Below are positions 9,276-18,354 of a DNA stretch of 64,000 nt, in pieces; position 1 is the stretch's first letter; every line of letters starts with the position of its first letter. A model generated the notes under the pieces. That model was not told where the DNA came from. It saw only the letters and a program-made list of their open reading frames with translations, and did no database searches. The DNA is from Thiobacillaceae bacterium (GTDB taxonomy: Bacteria > Pseudomonadota > Gammaproteobacteria > Burkholderiales > Thiobacillaceae): positions 10,521-74,520 of the forward strand of contig JALOTG010000001.1 of NCBI GenBank assembly GCA_025458005.1, given 5' to 3'. The position numbers were made by a program, and so were the translations under genes.

Positions 9276-10184
9276 ATGAAACTCGGCGCGATCGAGACCC
9301 TGTTGCTGCCCGCCGCGCGGCGGGCAGTCGGGCAGCTGGCCAGCGTGCATGCCGGGCCGCCGGTGATCACCCCGGCCACCGGGCTGAAGCCCCAGGTCTT
9401 CCTGCACGCCGCGCGCTACGAGGACCTGGGCGGCGTCACCGCCGACGGCGCCCGGGTCGCACGCCGGCCGCTCAGGCTCCCCGCCAATCTCGAGGGCTAC
9501 GCCGTGGAGCGGCCGGCCCGCCTCGTCGTCGAGGCGACCTGCTTCGGCCCGACCCACGAACTGCTCGGGCGCCTGTGCGCCGAGCTGACGCCCGACCTGC
9601 TGCTGGGCCTGGAGACCCTGCCCGACCCGGTCCTCGCCGTCCTGTCCAACGACAGCGTCCGCCTGCAGTTCGCCGACTTCGCCGCCGTGCTGCGGAGCGC
9701 GGAGACCCACTGGCGGCGGGAGGGGGATGCGGCCTACTACGTCGCCCGGCTCGTCTTCCATCTGGACGGCTTCCTGCACGTGCGCCTCACCCGGCGCGGC
9801 GGCCTCGCCCCACGCCCGGCCGTCGCGCCGAGGCTGAGCATCGCCCACGACCCGGAAGGCGCCGACCTGCCCGCCGAGCACGTCCTGCTCAGCAACGACA
9901 CCGCCGAGCCGATGCCGCTGGCCGGCTGGGTGCTCCAGGACGCCGCCCGCCGGCCGCACCGCTATGTCTTCCCCGACTTCACCCTCGCCCCCGGCGCCTC
10001 GGTGCGGCTGTGGACCCGGCAGGGCCGGGACGACGCTGAAAACCTGCACTGGGGCCGCCGGCAGGCGGTGTGGAACAACACCGGCGACACGGCCGTGCTG
10101 CTGGACGGCAACGGCTTCGAGGTGGCGCGGGTGGGTTACGCGCCGAATGGGGCACGCCGCAAGAAGGGGAGGCCGGAGGAGTAG
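9276..10184 (+). CDS. Hypothetical protein with a C-terminal lamin tail domain (LTD). The function of the N-terminal ~190 aa is unknown; it may be tail-terminator (DUF4255/Pvc16)-like.
   Basis: The C-terminus (EHVLLSNDTAEPMPLAGWVLQDAARRPHRYVFPDFTLAPGASVRLWTRQG...AVWNNTGDTAVLLDGNGFEVARV) fits the LTD pattern. The gene starts 27 nt after the tail tube gene. Confidence 0.7.
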   Translation: MKLGAIETLLLPAARRAVGQLASVHAGPPVITPATGLKPQVFLHAARYEDLGGVTADGARVARRPLRLPANLEGYAVERPARLVVEATCFGPTHELLGRLCAELTPDLLLGLETLPDPVLAVLSNDSVRLQFADFAAVLRSAETHWRREGDAAYYVARLVFHLDGFLHVRLTRRGGLAPRPAVAPRLSIAHDPEGADLPAEHVLLSNDTAEPMPLAGWVLQDAARRPHRYVFPDFTLAPGASVRLWTRQGRDDAENLHWGRRQAVWNNTGDTAVLLDGNGFEVARVGYAPNGARRKKGRPEE

Positions 10185-10219
10185 GCCAATGGTGAGTCCG
10201 CGGTGGGTGATAAAGATGT

Positions 10220-10255
10220 AAAAAAAGCCGACACGACCACGTGTCGGCTTTTTTT
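10220..10255. terminator. Bidirectional rho-independent terminator
   Basis: AAAAAAA-GCCGACACG-ACCA-CGTGTCGGC-TTTTTTT sits between the convergent LTD gene and the PEP-CTERM gene. Confidence 0.75.
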
Positions 10256-10268
10256 CGAGGGGCGACGC

Positions 10269-11084
10269 TTAAGCGCGCCGGCCTCGCGCCAGACCCAGGC
10301 CCAGCAGGCCCAGGCCAAGCAGGGCCAGGACGCCCGGCTCGGGGATGACAGTCACCTTGATGTTGTCCAGACCAATGGAGGAACTGCCAAGATTACTGCC
10401 CTCGAGCAGGCGGAAGTTAAGGAAGACAGGGTCGTCCGCCAGCCCGGAGAAAGCAAGGACGTTGCTGTACGTACCGCGCGTCGTAGCCGTGGGCGCGCCG
10501 ATGTTGACCAGGTTGACCGTGCTGGCGTCGGCCAGGATCAGTTCGGCAATGAAGTCGTCCGGGTTGGCCGTGTTGTTGGCGTCGAAGACATAATCGAACA
10601 CGACGCTGAGCTTGCGCGGGTCGACCAGGCTGATGGGATCGAGGGCGAAACGGATGGCCATGGTGGAGGAGGCCGTGGCGTTGGTGCCGCCATTAGGGTT
10701 ATCGCCCAGGTTGCCGCTGTTGTCGCCCATGACCAGGAACTGGTTCGGACTGCCGCCGAAGAAGTTGTCGAAGGTGTTGTTGCCCAGCGTGGGCGAACCG
10801 CTGTTGCCGTCGATGGCGTTGTCCCAGCGGCGCACGTTGAACGACAGAGCCGATGCGTTGCCATTGCCCGTGTTGACGAAGGCGGTGGTCGGGGCACCAT
10901 CCAGCTGGCTGGGGTTGTTGGTGTTGATGTCCGCCACCGTGCGCACCGTGGTGGCGGCGGCGATGCCGGTCACGTCCTGTAAGTCCTCGTCCAGCAACAC
11001 CTGCATGGGGCCGGCGCCGGCCTGCCCCGCCAGCAACAACGCCGACGTGCCGATCAGGAGGGCCAACGGTCTTTTCGCGAACAT
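10269..11084 (-). CDS. PEP-CTERM sorting-domain exoprotein
   Basis: Signal peptide MFAKRPLALLIGTSALLLAGQAGAG. The C-terminus VIPEPGVLALLGLGLLGLGLARGRRA has the PEP motif, a transmembrane helix and a basic tail. The start is the in-frame ATG at 11084. Confidence 0.8.
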   Translation of the reverse strand: MFAKRPLALLIGTSALLLAGQAGAGPMQVLLDEDLQDVTGIAAATTVRTVADINTNNPSQLDGAPTTAFVNTGNGNASALSFNVRRWDNAIDGNSGSPTLGNNTFDNFFGGSPNQFLVMGDNSGNLGDNPNGGTNATASSTMAIRFALDPISLVDPRKLSVVFDYVFDANNTANPDDFIAELILADASTVNLVNIGAPTATTRGTYSNVLAFSGLADDPVFLNFRLLEGSNLGSSSIGLDNIKVTVIPEPGVLALLGLGLLGLGLARGRRA

Positions 11085-11162
11085 GCTCGACTCCTGTTTG
11101 CGCGGCCACGCATACCCATGACAGAGGCCCGCTGGTAAATGAAAGATTGCTCGCCATTTATA

Positions 11163-11178
11163 AGCACGATGCGTGCCA
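11163..11178 (-). promoter_or_regulatory. Putative sigma-54 (-24/-12) promoter for the PEP-CTERM gene
   Basis: The minus strand reads TGGCACGCATCGTGCT, with GG and GC at the canonical 10-nt spacing, about 80 nt upstream of the ATG. Confidence 0.55.
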
Positions 11179-11302
11179 GCAGCCAAACATGACGGTGATA
11201 TTCACATCAATACAATGAGTTATTGAAACGTTTCACAGTCTGAGCCAGGGCGTCGGCACGCCGTACTGTAAAAAAAATCGACAAGCCGGGCGTTCCCGCC
11301 CC

Positions 11303-14102
11303 TCACCCGCACGCCCCCACCGCCCCGCAGGCGGTGCAGAAATCGCAGCCGTCCTTGCGGATCACCGTGTCGTTGCCGCACTCCTTGCAGCGCGCGCCCT
11401 TCATCGCCGGCAGCGCCTGGGCGGGCTGGTCGGGGGCGGGGGCCTGCAGGATGCCCATCTGCTGGATGGGGTAGCCGTCCTCGGTGAGGATGCCCAGCAT
11501 GGCGTAGCGGTGGATGATCAGCCGCGCCACGTAGGCCACCGTCGAGGGCCAGGTCTGGCTCTTCTCGGAGCCCGGCAGCTTGGCCATGAAGTCGCCGAGG
11601 GGTTCGGGGTAGTCGAGCAGCTTCCTCAGCTTCATGCCGATCCAGGCCGGGTCCATCACCCGCATGTCCAGCGACAGCAGCTTGCACAGGCCGTCCAGGG
11701 CGCGCGGGTACTCGCCGGACAGCCACACCGAGTAGGGGCGGTTCTGGCCGTCGGGCATGCGGATCTCCTTGAGGCCGAGGACGAAGTCGTCCTCCGAGGC
11801 GGGGTTGAGCACATCCACGGTCCAGGACAGGGTGCCGTCGGTGCCGGTCTTGGGCTCCTTCGGGCTCATCAGCGCGTCGAGCACCGGCGTCGGGCCGGGG
11901 TGCGCCGACGCCGGCGACGATGCTGGGCACCGGCCTGGGCTCGCCGTCGGGCGGGAAGGGGATGGAGCAGGCGTCGTCGCCGCGCGTCTTCGCCAGGCTG
12001 TCCAGCTTGAGCCTGAGCCAGGCGCGATCGTTGGCGCGCATGTCCATGGACAGGCTCTTGGCCAGCGCGCCCAGGCCGCGCGGCTGCTCGGCGCCGTTGA
12101 CCCACACCTCGAACGGAAACACCCGGCCCTCGCTCTCGACGTGGCCGACGAACAGGGCGAAGCTGCCCTGCGGGTACTCGATCATGTAGCTCCAGGCCGG
12201 GTTGCCGCCGGGCAGGCGCGGCCGGCCGGGCCACTTGAGGCTCTCCAGCACCGGGGCGGGCAGGTGCTTGATCTCGATGCGGCGGTTGACGTCGGTGGTC
12301 TCGAAGTCCTGCGGCGCGGCCTTCTCCGGCTCGACCGACAGCACGCTGCCGAGCACGGCGTTCGGCCGGTAGGTGGCCAGCCCCTTGAGACCCGCCTTCC
12401 AGGCGGCCAGGTAGAGGTCCTCGAACTCGGTGTAGGGGTAGTCGGCCGGCACGTTGACGGTCTTGGAAATGCTCGAGTCGACATAGGGCATCACCGCCGC
12501 CACCGCGTCCATGTGCGCCTTGGCGGAGATCTCCAGGGCGGTGACGAAGGCCGGCGGCAGGTGCTCCACATCCCCCTCCTGCTCCTTGTACAGACGGTAG
12601 GCGTGGTCCTCCACCTGGTATTCCTTGAAGCCGCCGTCGGCCTGCCGCTTCTTGCGCGTGTAGGTCCAGGAGAAGGGCGGCTCGATGCCGTTGCTGGCGT
12701 TGTCGGCGAAGGCGAGCGAGATGGTGCCGGTGGGGGCGATGGACAGCAGGTGCGAGTTGCGGATGCCGTGCTGGCGGATCTGCGCCTTGATCTCGGCGGG
12801 CAGGCGCGAGGCGAAGCTGCCGCCGGCCAGGTAGAGGTCGGCGTTGAACAGCGGGAAGGCGCCGCGCTCCTTGGCCAGGTCCACCGAAGCCAGGTAGGCG
12901 CTGTCGCGCATGAACTCGGCGATGCGGCTGGAGAAGGCCAGGGCCGCCGACGTGTCGTAGCGCAGCCCGAGCATGACCAGGGTGTCGCCCAGGCCGGTGA
13001 AGCCCAGCCCGACGCGGCGCTTGGACTGCGCCTCGGCGTGCTGCTTATCGAGCGGCCAGGCGGTCAGTTCCAGGACGTTGTCCAGCATGCGCACCGACAC
13101 CGGCACCACCTTGCCGAGCGCCTCGAAATCGAACTCGGCCTCGTTCGTGAAGGCGGATCTCACGAAGCGGGTCAGGTTGATCGAGCCCAGGCAGCAGCAG
13201 CCGTAGGGCGGCAGCGGCTGCTCGGCGCAGGGGTTGGTGGCCTCGATGGTCTCGCAGTAATACAGGTTGTTGTCCTTGTTGATGCGGTCCAGGAACAGCA
13301 CGCCGGGCTCGGCGTGGTCGTAGGTGGACTGCATGATCTGCTCCCACAGGTCGCGCGCCCGGATCTTGCGATAGACCCACAGGCCGTCGGCGCGCTGGTA
13401 GGCGCCCTGGGCCATCTGCTCGTCGCCGGGCCGGGCGCGGTGCACCAGCTCCGCCTCGCCGTCCGCCTCCACCGCCGCCATGAAGGCGTCGGTCACCGCC
13501 ACGGAGATGTTGAAGTTCCTCAGGTCGCCCTCGTCCTTGGCATGGATGAAGGCCTCCACGTCCGGGTGATCGCAGCGCAGCACGCCCATCTGCGCGCCGC
13601 GCCGGCTGCCGGCGGATTCCACCGTCTCGCAGGAGCGGTCGAACACGCGCATGTAGGACACCGGCCCGCTCGCCTTGGAGTGGGTGCCCTTCACCAGGGA
13701 TCCCTTGGGACGGATGCTGGAGAAGTCGTAGCCGACGCCGCCGCCGCGGCGCATGGTCTCGGCCGCCTCCTCCAGGGCGACGTAGATGCCCGGCCGGCCG
13801 TCGACCTCGCCCGAGATGGCGTCGCCCACCGGCTGCACGAAGCAGTTGATCAGGGTCGCCTGCAGGTCGGTGCCGGCGGCCGAGTTGATGCGCCCGGCCG
13901 GGATGAAGCCGGCCTCCATGGCATCGAAGAAGCGCTTTTCCCAGTGCGCCCGCAGCCGCTTGTCCTCCACCCCGGCCAGGGCCTGGGCCACCCGGCGTCG
14001 CACGTCCAGGGCGGTCTGTTCATTGCCCTTGGCGTATTTCTCGATGAGCACCTCGGTGGAAATGTGCTGCTCGGCCAGTTCGGGAAAAAGCATGTCCTGC
14101 AT
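11303..14102 (-). CDS. nrdJ: Class II (adenosylcobalamin-dependent) ribonucleotide reductase NrdJ. The reading frame is interrupted near 11,900: the N-terminal ~734 codons are in one frame and the C-terminal 193 codons (11303..11884) are in another.
   Basis: N-terminal part: [25 protein letters not shown]...[22 protein letters not shown]. The C-terminal piece ends with a CxxC...CxxC zinc ribbon ([24 protein letters not shown]). The 960-aa track ORF continues out of frame into Arg/Pro-rich nonsense. Confidence 0.85.
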
Positions 14103-14171
14103 CGACGTCTCCTGAATGAATGGTTATGCGGCGCGGGGCCCGCGTCCCCGCGGGTAGAGAAAACTGGGAGG

Positions 14172-14225
14172 ATTGTACCCCTGCATTTAGCGTTGGCAAT
14201 ACGCATCCAACACTATATCTAGTTG
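14172..14225 (-). promoter_or_regulatory. nrdJ sigma-70 promoter overlapped by two NrdR boxes
   Basis: Minus strand: CAACTAGATATAGTGT (13/16 match to the NrdR box acaCwAtATaTwGtgt), then TTGCCA (-35), a 16-nt spacer containing a weaker box (10/16), then TACAAT (-10). The box centres are 32 bp apart. Confidence 0.55.
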
Positions 14226-14397
14226 ATATCCGCAATCGCCCGCTCCGCCTGCCCTGCCGCCCTCGAAGCCGCCTGTGCGGATATTCGTCACCCTTGACGT
14301 CGCATCGTGGTCGGGGACTCGCCCGCCCCGCGCGGATACAGATATGTAATTCATACAGATCAACAGGTTAGCGAAGCGTGGGCGTGGTCGACGGGGC

Positions 14398-14413
14398 TGG
14401 CATGGGGATTGCT
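14398..14413 (+). promoter_or_regulatory. Putative sigma-54 (-24/-12) promoter for the second PEP-CTERM gene
   Basis: TGGCATGGGGATTGCT lies 38 nt upstream of the ATG at 14451. An IHF-like ATCAAcaggTTA site lies at 14359..14370. Confidence 0.6.
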
Positions 14414-14450
14414 GTAGATAGGCATCTTCAACACGCAAAGGAAACCACCC

Positions 14451-15161
14451 ATGTACCGTCTCTCCGTCCCCGCCCTGCTCCTCGGCCTCGGCATGGCCGG
14501 CAACGCCCTGGCCATGCTGCCGCCCGGCACCGTCAGCGTGAACGGGACCCTCACCGCCGACAATCACTACGGCCTCTACGTCGGCCAGGCGGACGGCAGC
14601 GGCCTGCGCTTCATCGGCCGCAACGAGAAAGGCGACGCCGGCGCGCCCGGCGTGTACAACTGGTCGCAGCCCGAGACCTGGAACTTCCTGGTCACGCCCG
14701 GCGAGCATCTGTACGTGATGGCCTGGGACGATGGCGGCCCACAGGGCTGGATCGGCAATTTCACCTGGACCGGCGGCGGCATCGCCTCCCAGGCCCCCGA
14801 CTGGCGGGCGGCCGTCGCCCCCGGCGGCAATCCCGGCGGCAGCGGTGATCTGCCCGCGACGGCGACCCTGGGCGGCTACATCGTCATGGCCGACTGGCAG
14901 GCCCCGGCGGCCTCCGCGCCCAACGGCGCCAGCCCCTGGGGCGCCATCCCCGGCGTGGGGACTGGGCACTGGTTGTGGCACGACAGCCTGGACAGCACCA
15001 GCCTGAGCGACGCCCATTTCGCCATGTTCCGCACCGCCAACCCCCTGGTGAGCGCGGTGCCGGAACCCTCCACCTACGCCATGCTCGGCCTGGGGGCGCT
15101 GCTGGTGCTGACCGTCACCCGGCGCGTCGCGCGCGACCAGCGGAAACAGTGGCTCGGCTGA
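14451..15161 (+). CDS. PEP-CTERM sorting-domain exoprotein
   Basis: Signal peptide MYRLSVPALLLGLGMAGNALA. C-terminus VPEPSTYAMLGLGALLVLTVTRR. Confidence 0.8.
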   Translation: MYRLSVPALLLGLGMAGNALAMLPPGTVSVNGTLTADNHYGLYVGQADGSGLRFIGRNEKGDAGAPGVYNWSQPETWNFLVTPGEHLYVMAWDDGGPQGWIGNFTWTGGGIASQAPDWRAAVAPGGNPGGSGDLPATATLGGYIVMADWQAPAASAPNGASPWGAIPGVGTGHWLWHDSLDSTSLSDAHFAMFRTANPLVSAVPEPSTYAMLGLGALLVLTVTRRVARDQRKQWLG

Positions 15162-15187
15162 GCGCCTGACGTCGCGGCCCGCCGGCG

Positions 15188-15952
15188 TCAGACAAACTCG
15201 GCGACCACCGGGGCGTGGTCCGAAGGCCGTTCCCAGCCGCGGGGCGTCCTGTCGATGACGCAGGCGCGGCAGGCGGCGGCCAGTTCGGGGCTGAGCAGGA
15301 TGTGGTCGATCCTCAGCCCCAGGTTGCGGCGGAAAGCGGCCATGCGGTAGTCCCACCAGGAAAAGCTCTTCTCCGGCTGCTCGAACAGCCGGAAGGCGTC
15401 GCGCAGTCCCAGGTCCAGCAGGCCACGGAAGCGCCCCCGCTCCTCCGGGGACACCAGCACCTGCCCGGCCCAGACCGCCGGGTCGTGCACGTCGGCGTCC
15501 TCGGGGGCGATGTTGTAGTCGCCCAGCACCGCCAAGCGGGGATGGCGCCGCAGCTCGTCCCGCAGCCAGGCGGTCAGGGCGTCCAGCCAGTCCAGCTTGT
15601 AGAGGTACTTGTCGGAGTCGAGGCTCTGGCCGTTCGGCACGTACAGGCAGATCACGCGCACGCCGTCCACGCTGGCCGCCAGCACCCGCTTCTGCGCGTC
15701 GTCGAAACCCGGGAGGGCGGTCACCGGGTCGGTCGCCGGCGTCCGGCTCAGCAGGGCCACGCCGTTGTAGGTCTTCTGCCCGGCGTAGAGGGCGTGGTAG
15801 CCGGCCGCCTCGACCTGCGCGACGGGGAAGTTGGCGTCCTCCAGCTTGGTCTCCTGCAGGCAGACCACATCGGGCCCCTGCGCCGCCAGCCAGTCCTGCA
15901 GATGGGGCAGGCGGACCTTGAGGGAGTTCACGTTCCAGGTGGCGATCTTCAT
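15188..15952 (-). CDS. xthA: Exodeoxyribonuclease III
   Basis: [36 protein letters not shown]...[10 protein letters not shown]. The start is the in-frame ATG at 15952 and overlaps the queA stop (ATGA). Confidence 0.9.
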   Translation of the reverse strand: MKIATWNVNSLKVRLPHLQDWLAAQGPDVVCLQETKLEDANFPVAQVEAAGYHALYAGQKTYNGVALLSRTPATDPVTALPGFDDAQKRVLAASVDGVRVICLYVPNGQSLDSDKYLYKLDWLDALTAWLRDELRRHPRLAVLGDYNIAPEDADVHDPAVWAGQVLVSPEERGRFRGLLDLGLRDAFRLFEQPEKSFSWWDYRMAAFRRNLGLRIDHILLSPELAAACRACVIDRTPRGWERPSDHAPVVAEFV

Positions 15953-16992
15953 GGCTGTCTCCCGGGTTCGGCGCGCTCGATGAGCATGGCGTCGCCGTAG
16001 CTGAAGAAGCGGTAGCGCTGCGCCACCGCGTGGGCGTAGGCCCGCCGCATCAGGTCCGTGCCGGCGAAGGCGCCGACCAGCATGAGCAGGGTGGACTGGG
16101 GCAGGTGGAAGTTGGTGACGAGCCGATCGACCACCCGGAAGCGGTAGCCGGGGGTGATGAAGAGATCCGTCTCGCCGCCGCCGGCGACCAGCTGGCCGGA
16201 CCGGGCGGCGGACTCCAGGGCGCGCAGGCTGGTGGTGCCCACCGCGCAGACCCGCCCGCCCGCCACCCGGGCGCGAGCCACGGCGGCGACCGTGGCCGCG
16301 GGGATGTCGTAGCGCTCGCTGTGCATGCGGTGCGCCGCGAGGTCCTCCACGCGCACCGGCTGCCAGGTCCCCGCCCCCACGTGCAGCGTCACCCGCGCCA
16401 GTTCCACGCCCCGCTCGCGCAGGGCCTGAAACAGCGCCGCGTCGAAATGCAGGCCCGCCGTGGGCGCCGCCACCGCGCCGGGCTTGTCGGCATAGACGGT
16501 CTGGTAGCGGGTCACGTCGTCCGCGCCCACCGGGCGGTCGATGTAGGGCGGCAGGGGCACCTCGCCGTATTCCTCCAGCCATTCCAGCACCGGGCGCGCC
16601 GGGTCGAAGGCCAGCCGAAACAGGTCGCCCTGGCGCTCCAGCAGCGTGGCGCGCAGGGCGCCGGCCAGGGTAAGGCTCATGCCGATCCGTGGCGGCTTGC
16701 TGAAGCGCATGAACACCAGGGCCTCGTGGTCGCCGAGCAGTCGCTCCACCATCACCTCCACCTGGCCGCCGGTCTCCTTCACCCCCTGCAGGCGGGCCTT
16801 GATCACCCGGGTGTCGTTCATCACCAGCAGGTCGCCGGGCCGGAACAGCCCGGGCAGGTCGCGGAAGGCCCGGTCGGCGTAACCGCCCGCCACCCCGTCC
16901 ACGTGCAGCAGACGGCTGGCGGAGCGCTCCGGGAGCGGGAAGCGGGCGATCAGTTCGTCGGGCAGGAAGTAGTCGAAGTCGCTGGTCTTCAT
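15949..16992 (-). CDS. queA: S-adenosylmethionine:tRNA ribosyltransferase-isomerase
   Basis: [31 protein letters not shown]...[13 protein letters not shown]...[14 protein letters not shown] are typical QueA motifs. Confidence 0.9.
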   Translation of the reverse strand: MKTSDFDYFLPDELIARFPLPERSASRLLHVDGVAGGYADRAFRDLPGLFRPGDLLVMNDTRVIKARLQGVKETGGQVEVMVERLLGDHEALVFMRFSKPPRIGMSLTLAGALRATLLERQGDLFRLAFDPARPVLEWLEEYGEVPLPPYIDRPVGADDVTRYQTVYADKPGAVAAPTAGLHFDAALFQALRERGVELARVTLHVGAGTWQPVRVEDLAAHRMHSERYDIPAATVAAVARARVAGGRVCAVGTTSLRALESAARSGQLVAGGGETDLFITPGYRFRVVDRLVTNFHLPQSTLLMLVGAFAGTDLMRRAYAHAVAQRYRFFSYGDAMLIERAEPGRQP

Positions 16993-17082
16993 GGCGGTGC
17001 AACCGGTGGCCGGCCTGGCCGGGCGGCGCATTGTAACCTTGCCGGGCGGTCGGCCATTGGCGATAATCGCCACCCCCTACCC

Positions 17083-17167
17083 GCCCGGGTGGCGGAATTG
17101 GTAGACGCACGGGACTCAAAATCCCGCGCCGCAAGGCGTGCCGGTTCGACCCCGGCCCCGGGCACCA
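17083..17167 (+). tRNA. tRNA-Leu (anticodon CAA)
   Basis: An 85-nt cloverleaf. The acceptor stem pairs GCCCGGG with CCCGGGC, the anticodon loop is CTCAAAA, there is a long variable arm and a GGTTCGA T-loop, and CCA is encoded. Confidence 0.9.
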
Positions 17168-17222
17168 CCCCATGATCTGCGGCGATCCAGGCGCGAACGG
17201 CGGCCGGGATCGAGCTTGCCTG

Positions 17223-17480
17223 CTACAGCACCACCTTCACCGCCGGGTGACTCGACAGTTCCCGATACAGGGCGTCCAGCTGGGCCTTGGACACGGCGCG
17301 GATGGTGCAGGTAAGGGACAGGTAGTTGCCCGCGGCGGAGGCGCGCATCTCCACCGTCTCGGGACGGAAGTCGGGGGCGTGGCGCAGGACGATGTCCACC
17401 ACGCCCTGGGCGAAGCCCTCGGCGCGCGCGCCCATGATCTTCAATGGAAAGTCGCAGGGGAATTCCAGCAGGCTGTCCAT
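17223..17480 (-). CDS. ybeD: YbeD-family (DUF493) protein
   Basis: 85 aa. [11 protein letters not shown] is the family hallmark. It sits in the conserved dacA-dat-ybeD context. Confidence 0.8.
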   Translation of the reverse strand: MDSLLEFPCDFPLKIMGARAEGFAQGVVDIVLRHAPDFRPETVEMRASAAGNYLSLTCTIRAVSKAQLDALYRELSSHPAVKVVL

Positions 17481-17493
17481 GGCCAGCCTCGCC

Positions 17494-18348
17494 TCAGCCG
17501 CCGCGCATGACGGTGCGCTTGTATTCCTGGTAGGCGGCGTGCATGCGCCGGAACCGCGGACCGGGGCGGCCGTCGCCCACCGGCCGGTCGTCGAGGCGGG
17601 TGACGGCCAGCACCTCCTTGGTGGAGGAGGTCAGCCAGACCTCGTCGGCGGCGCGCAGCTCGGCCTCGGTAACCGGCCGCACCTGGCAGGGCAGGCCGAG
17701 CCGGGCGGCCAGTTCCAGGACCACGTCGTAGGTGATGCCCGGCAGCATGAGGTGGGACTTGGGCGGGGCGAGGAGGGTGCCGGCACGGACGATGAAGACG
17801 TTGCTGGCGGAACCCTCGGTGAGGAAACCGTCGCGCAGCAGCAGGGTCTCGGCGCAGCCGGCGTCGACCGACAGCTGGCGCAGCAGGACGTTGGCCAACA
17901 GCGAGACGGCCTTGATGTCGCAGCGCAGCCAGCGGTTGTCGGCGGCGGTGATGGCGGCCACCCCCTCGTCCACCGCCGCCTCGGGCGGGGCGGTGAGCTC
18001 CATGGGCATCACGAATACAGTCGCTTGCGCGACCTTGGGGAAGGCGTGGTCGCGCGGGGCCGGGCCGCGCGTGACCTGCAGATAGACGCCCTGGTCCGGC
18101 CATTCGGCCGCGGCCACGATGCGTTCGATCAGGGCCGTCCACTCCGCCTCGCCATGCGGGTTGGCCAGCCGGACGGCGTCCAGGCTGTGCTGCAGGCGGG
18201 CCAGGTGTTCGTGCAGGCGGAATGGCCGGCGCGAGTAGACCGGGATGACCTCGTACACCCCGTCGCCGAAGATGAAGCCGCGGTCGAGGACCGGGACGCG
18301 CGCCTCTTCCAGGGGGAGGAACTGGCCGTTGAGGTAGACGGTGGGCAT
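17494..18348 (-). CDS. dat: Class IV aminotransferase, probably D-amino-acid (D-alanine) transaminase
   Basis: MPTVYLNGQFLPLEEARVPVLDRGFIFGDGVYEVIPVY matches the fold-type IV PLP aminotransferase N-terminus. It lies downstream of dacA. Confidence 0.8.
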   Translation of the reverse strand: MPTVYLNGQFLPLEEARVPVLDRGFIFGDGVYEVIPVYSRRPFRLHEHLARLQHSLDAVRLANPHGEAEWTALIERIVAAAEWPDQGVYLQVTRGPAPRDHAFPKVAQATVFVMPMELTAPPEAAVDEGVAAITAADNRWLRCDIKAVSLLANVLLRQLSVDAGCAETLLLRDGFLTEGSASNVFIVRAGTLLAPPKSHLMLPGITYDVVLELAARLGLPCQVRPVTEAELRAADEVWLTSSTKEVLAVTRLDDRPVGDGRPGPRFRRMHAAYQEYKRTVMRGG

Positions 18349-18354
18349 GGTGGC

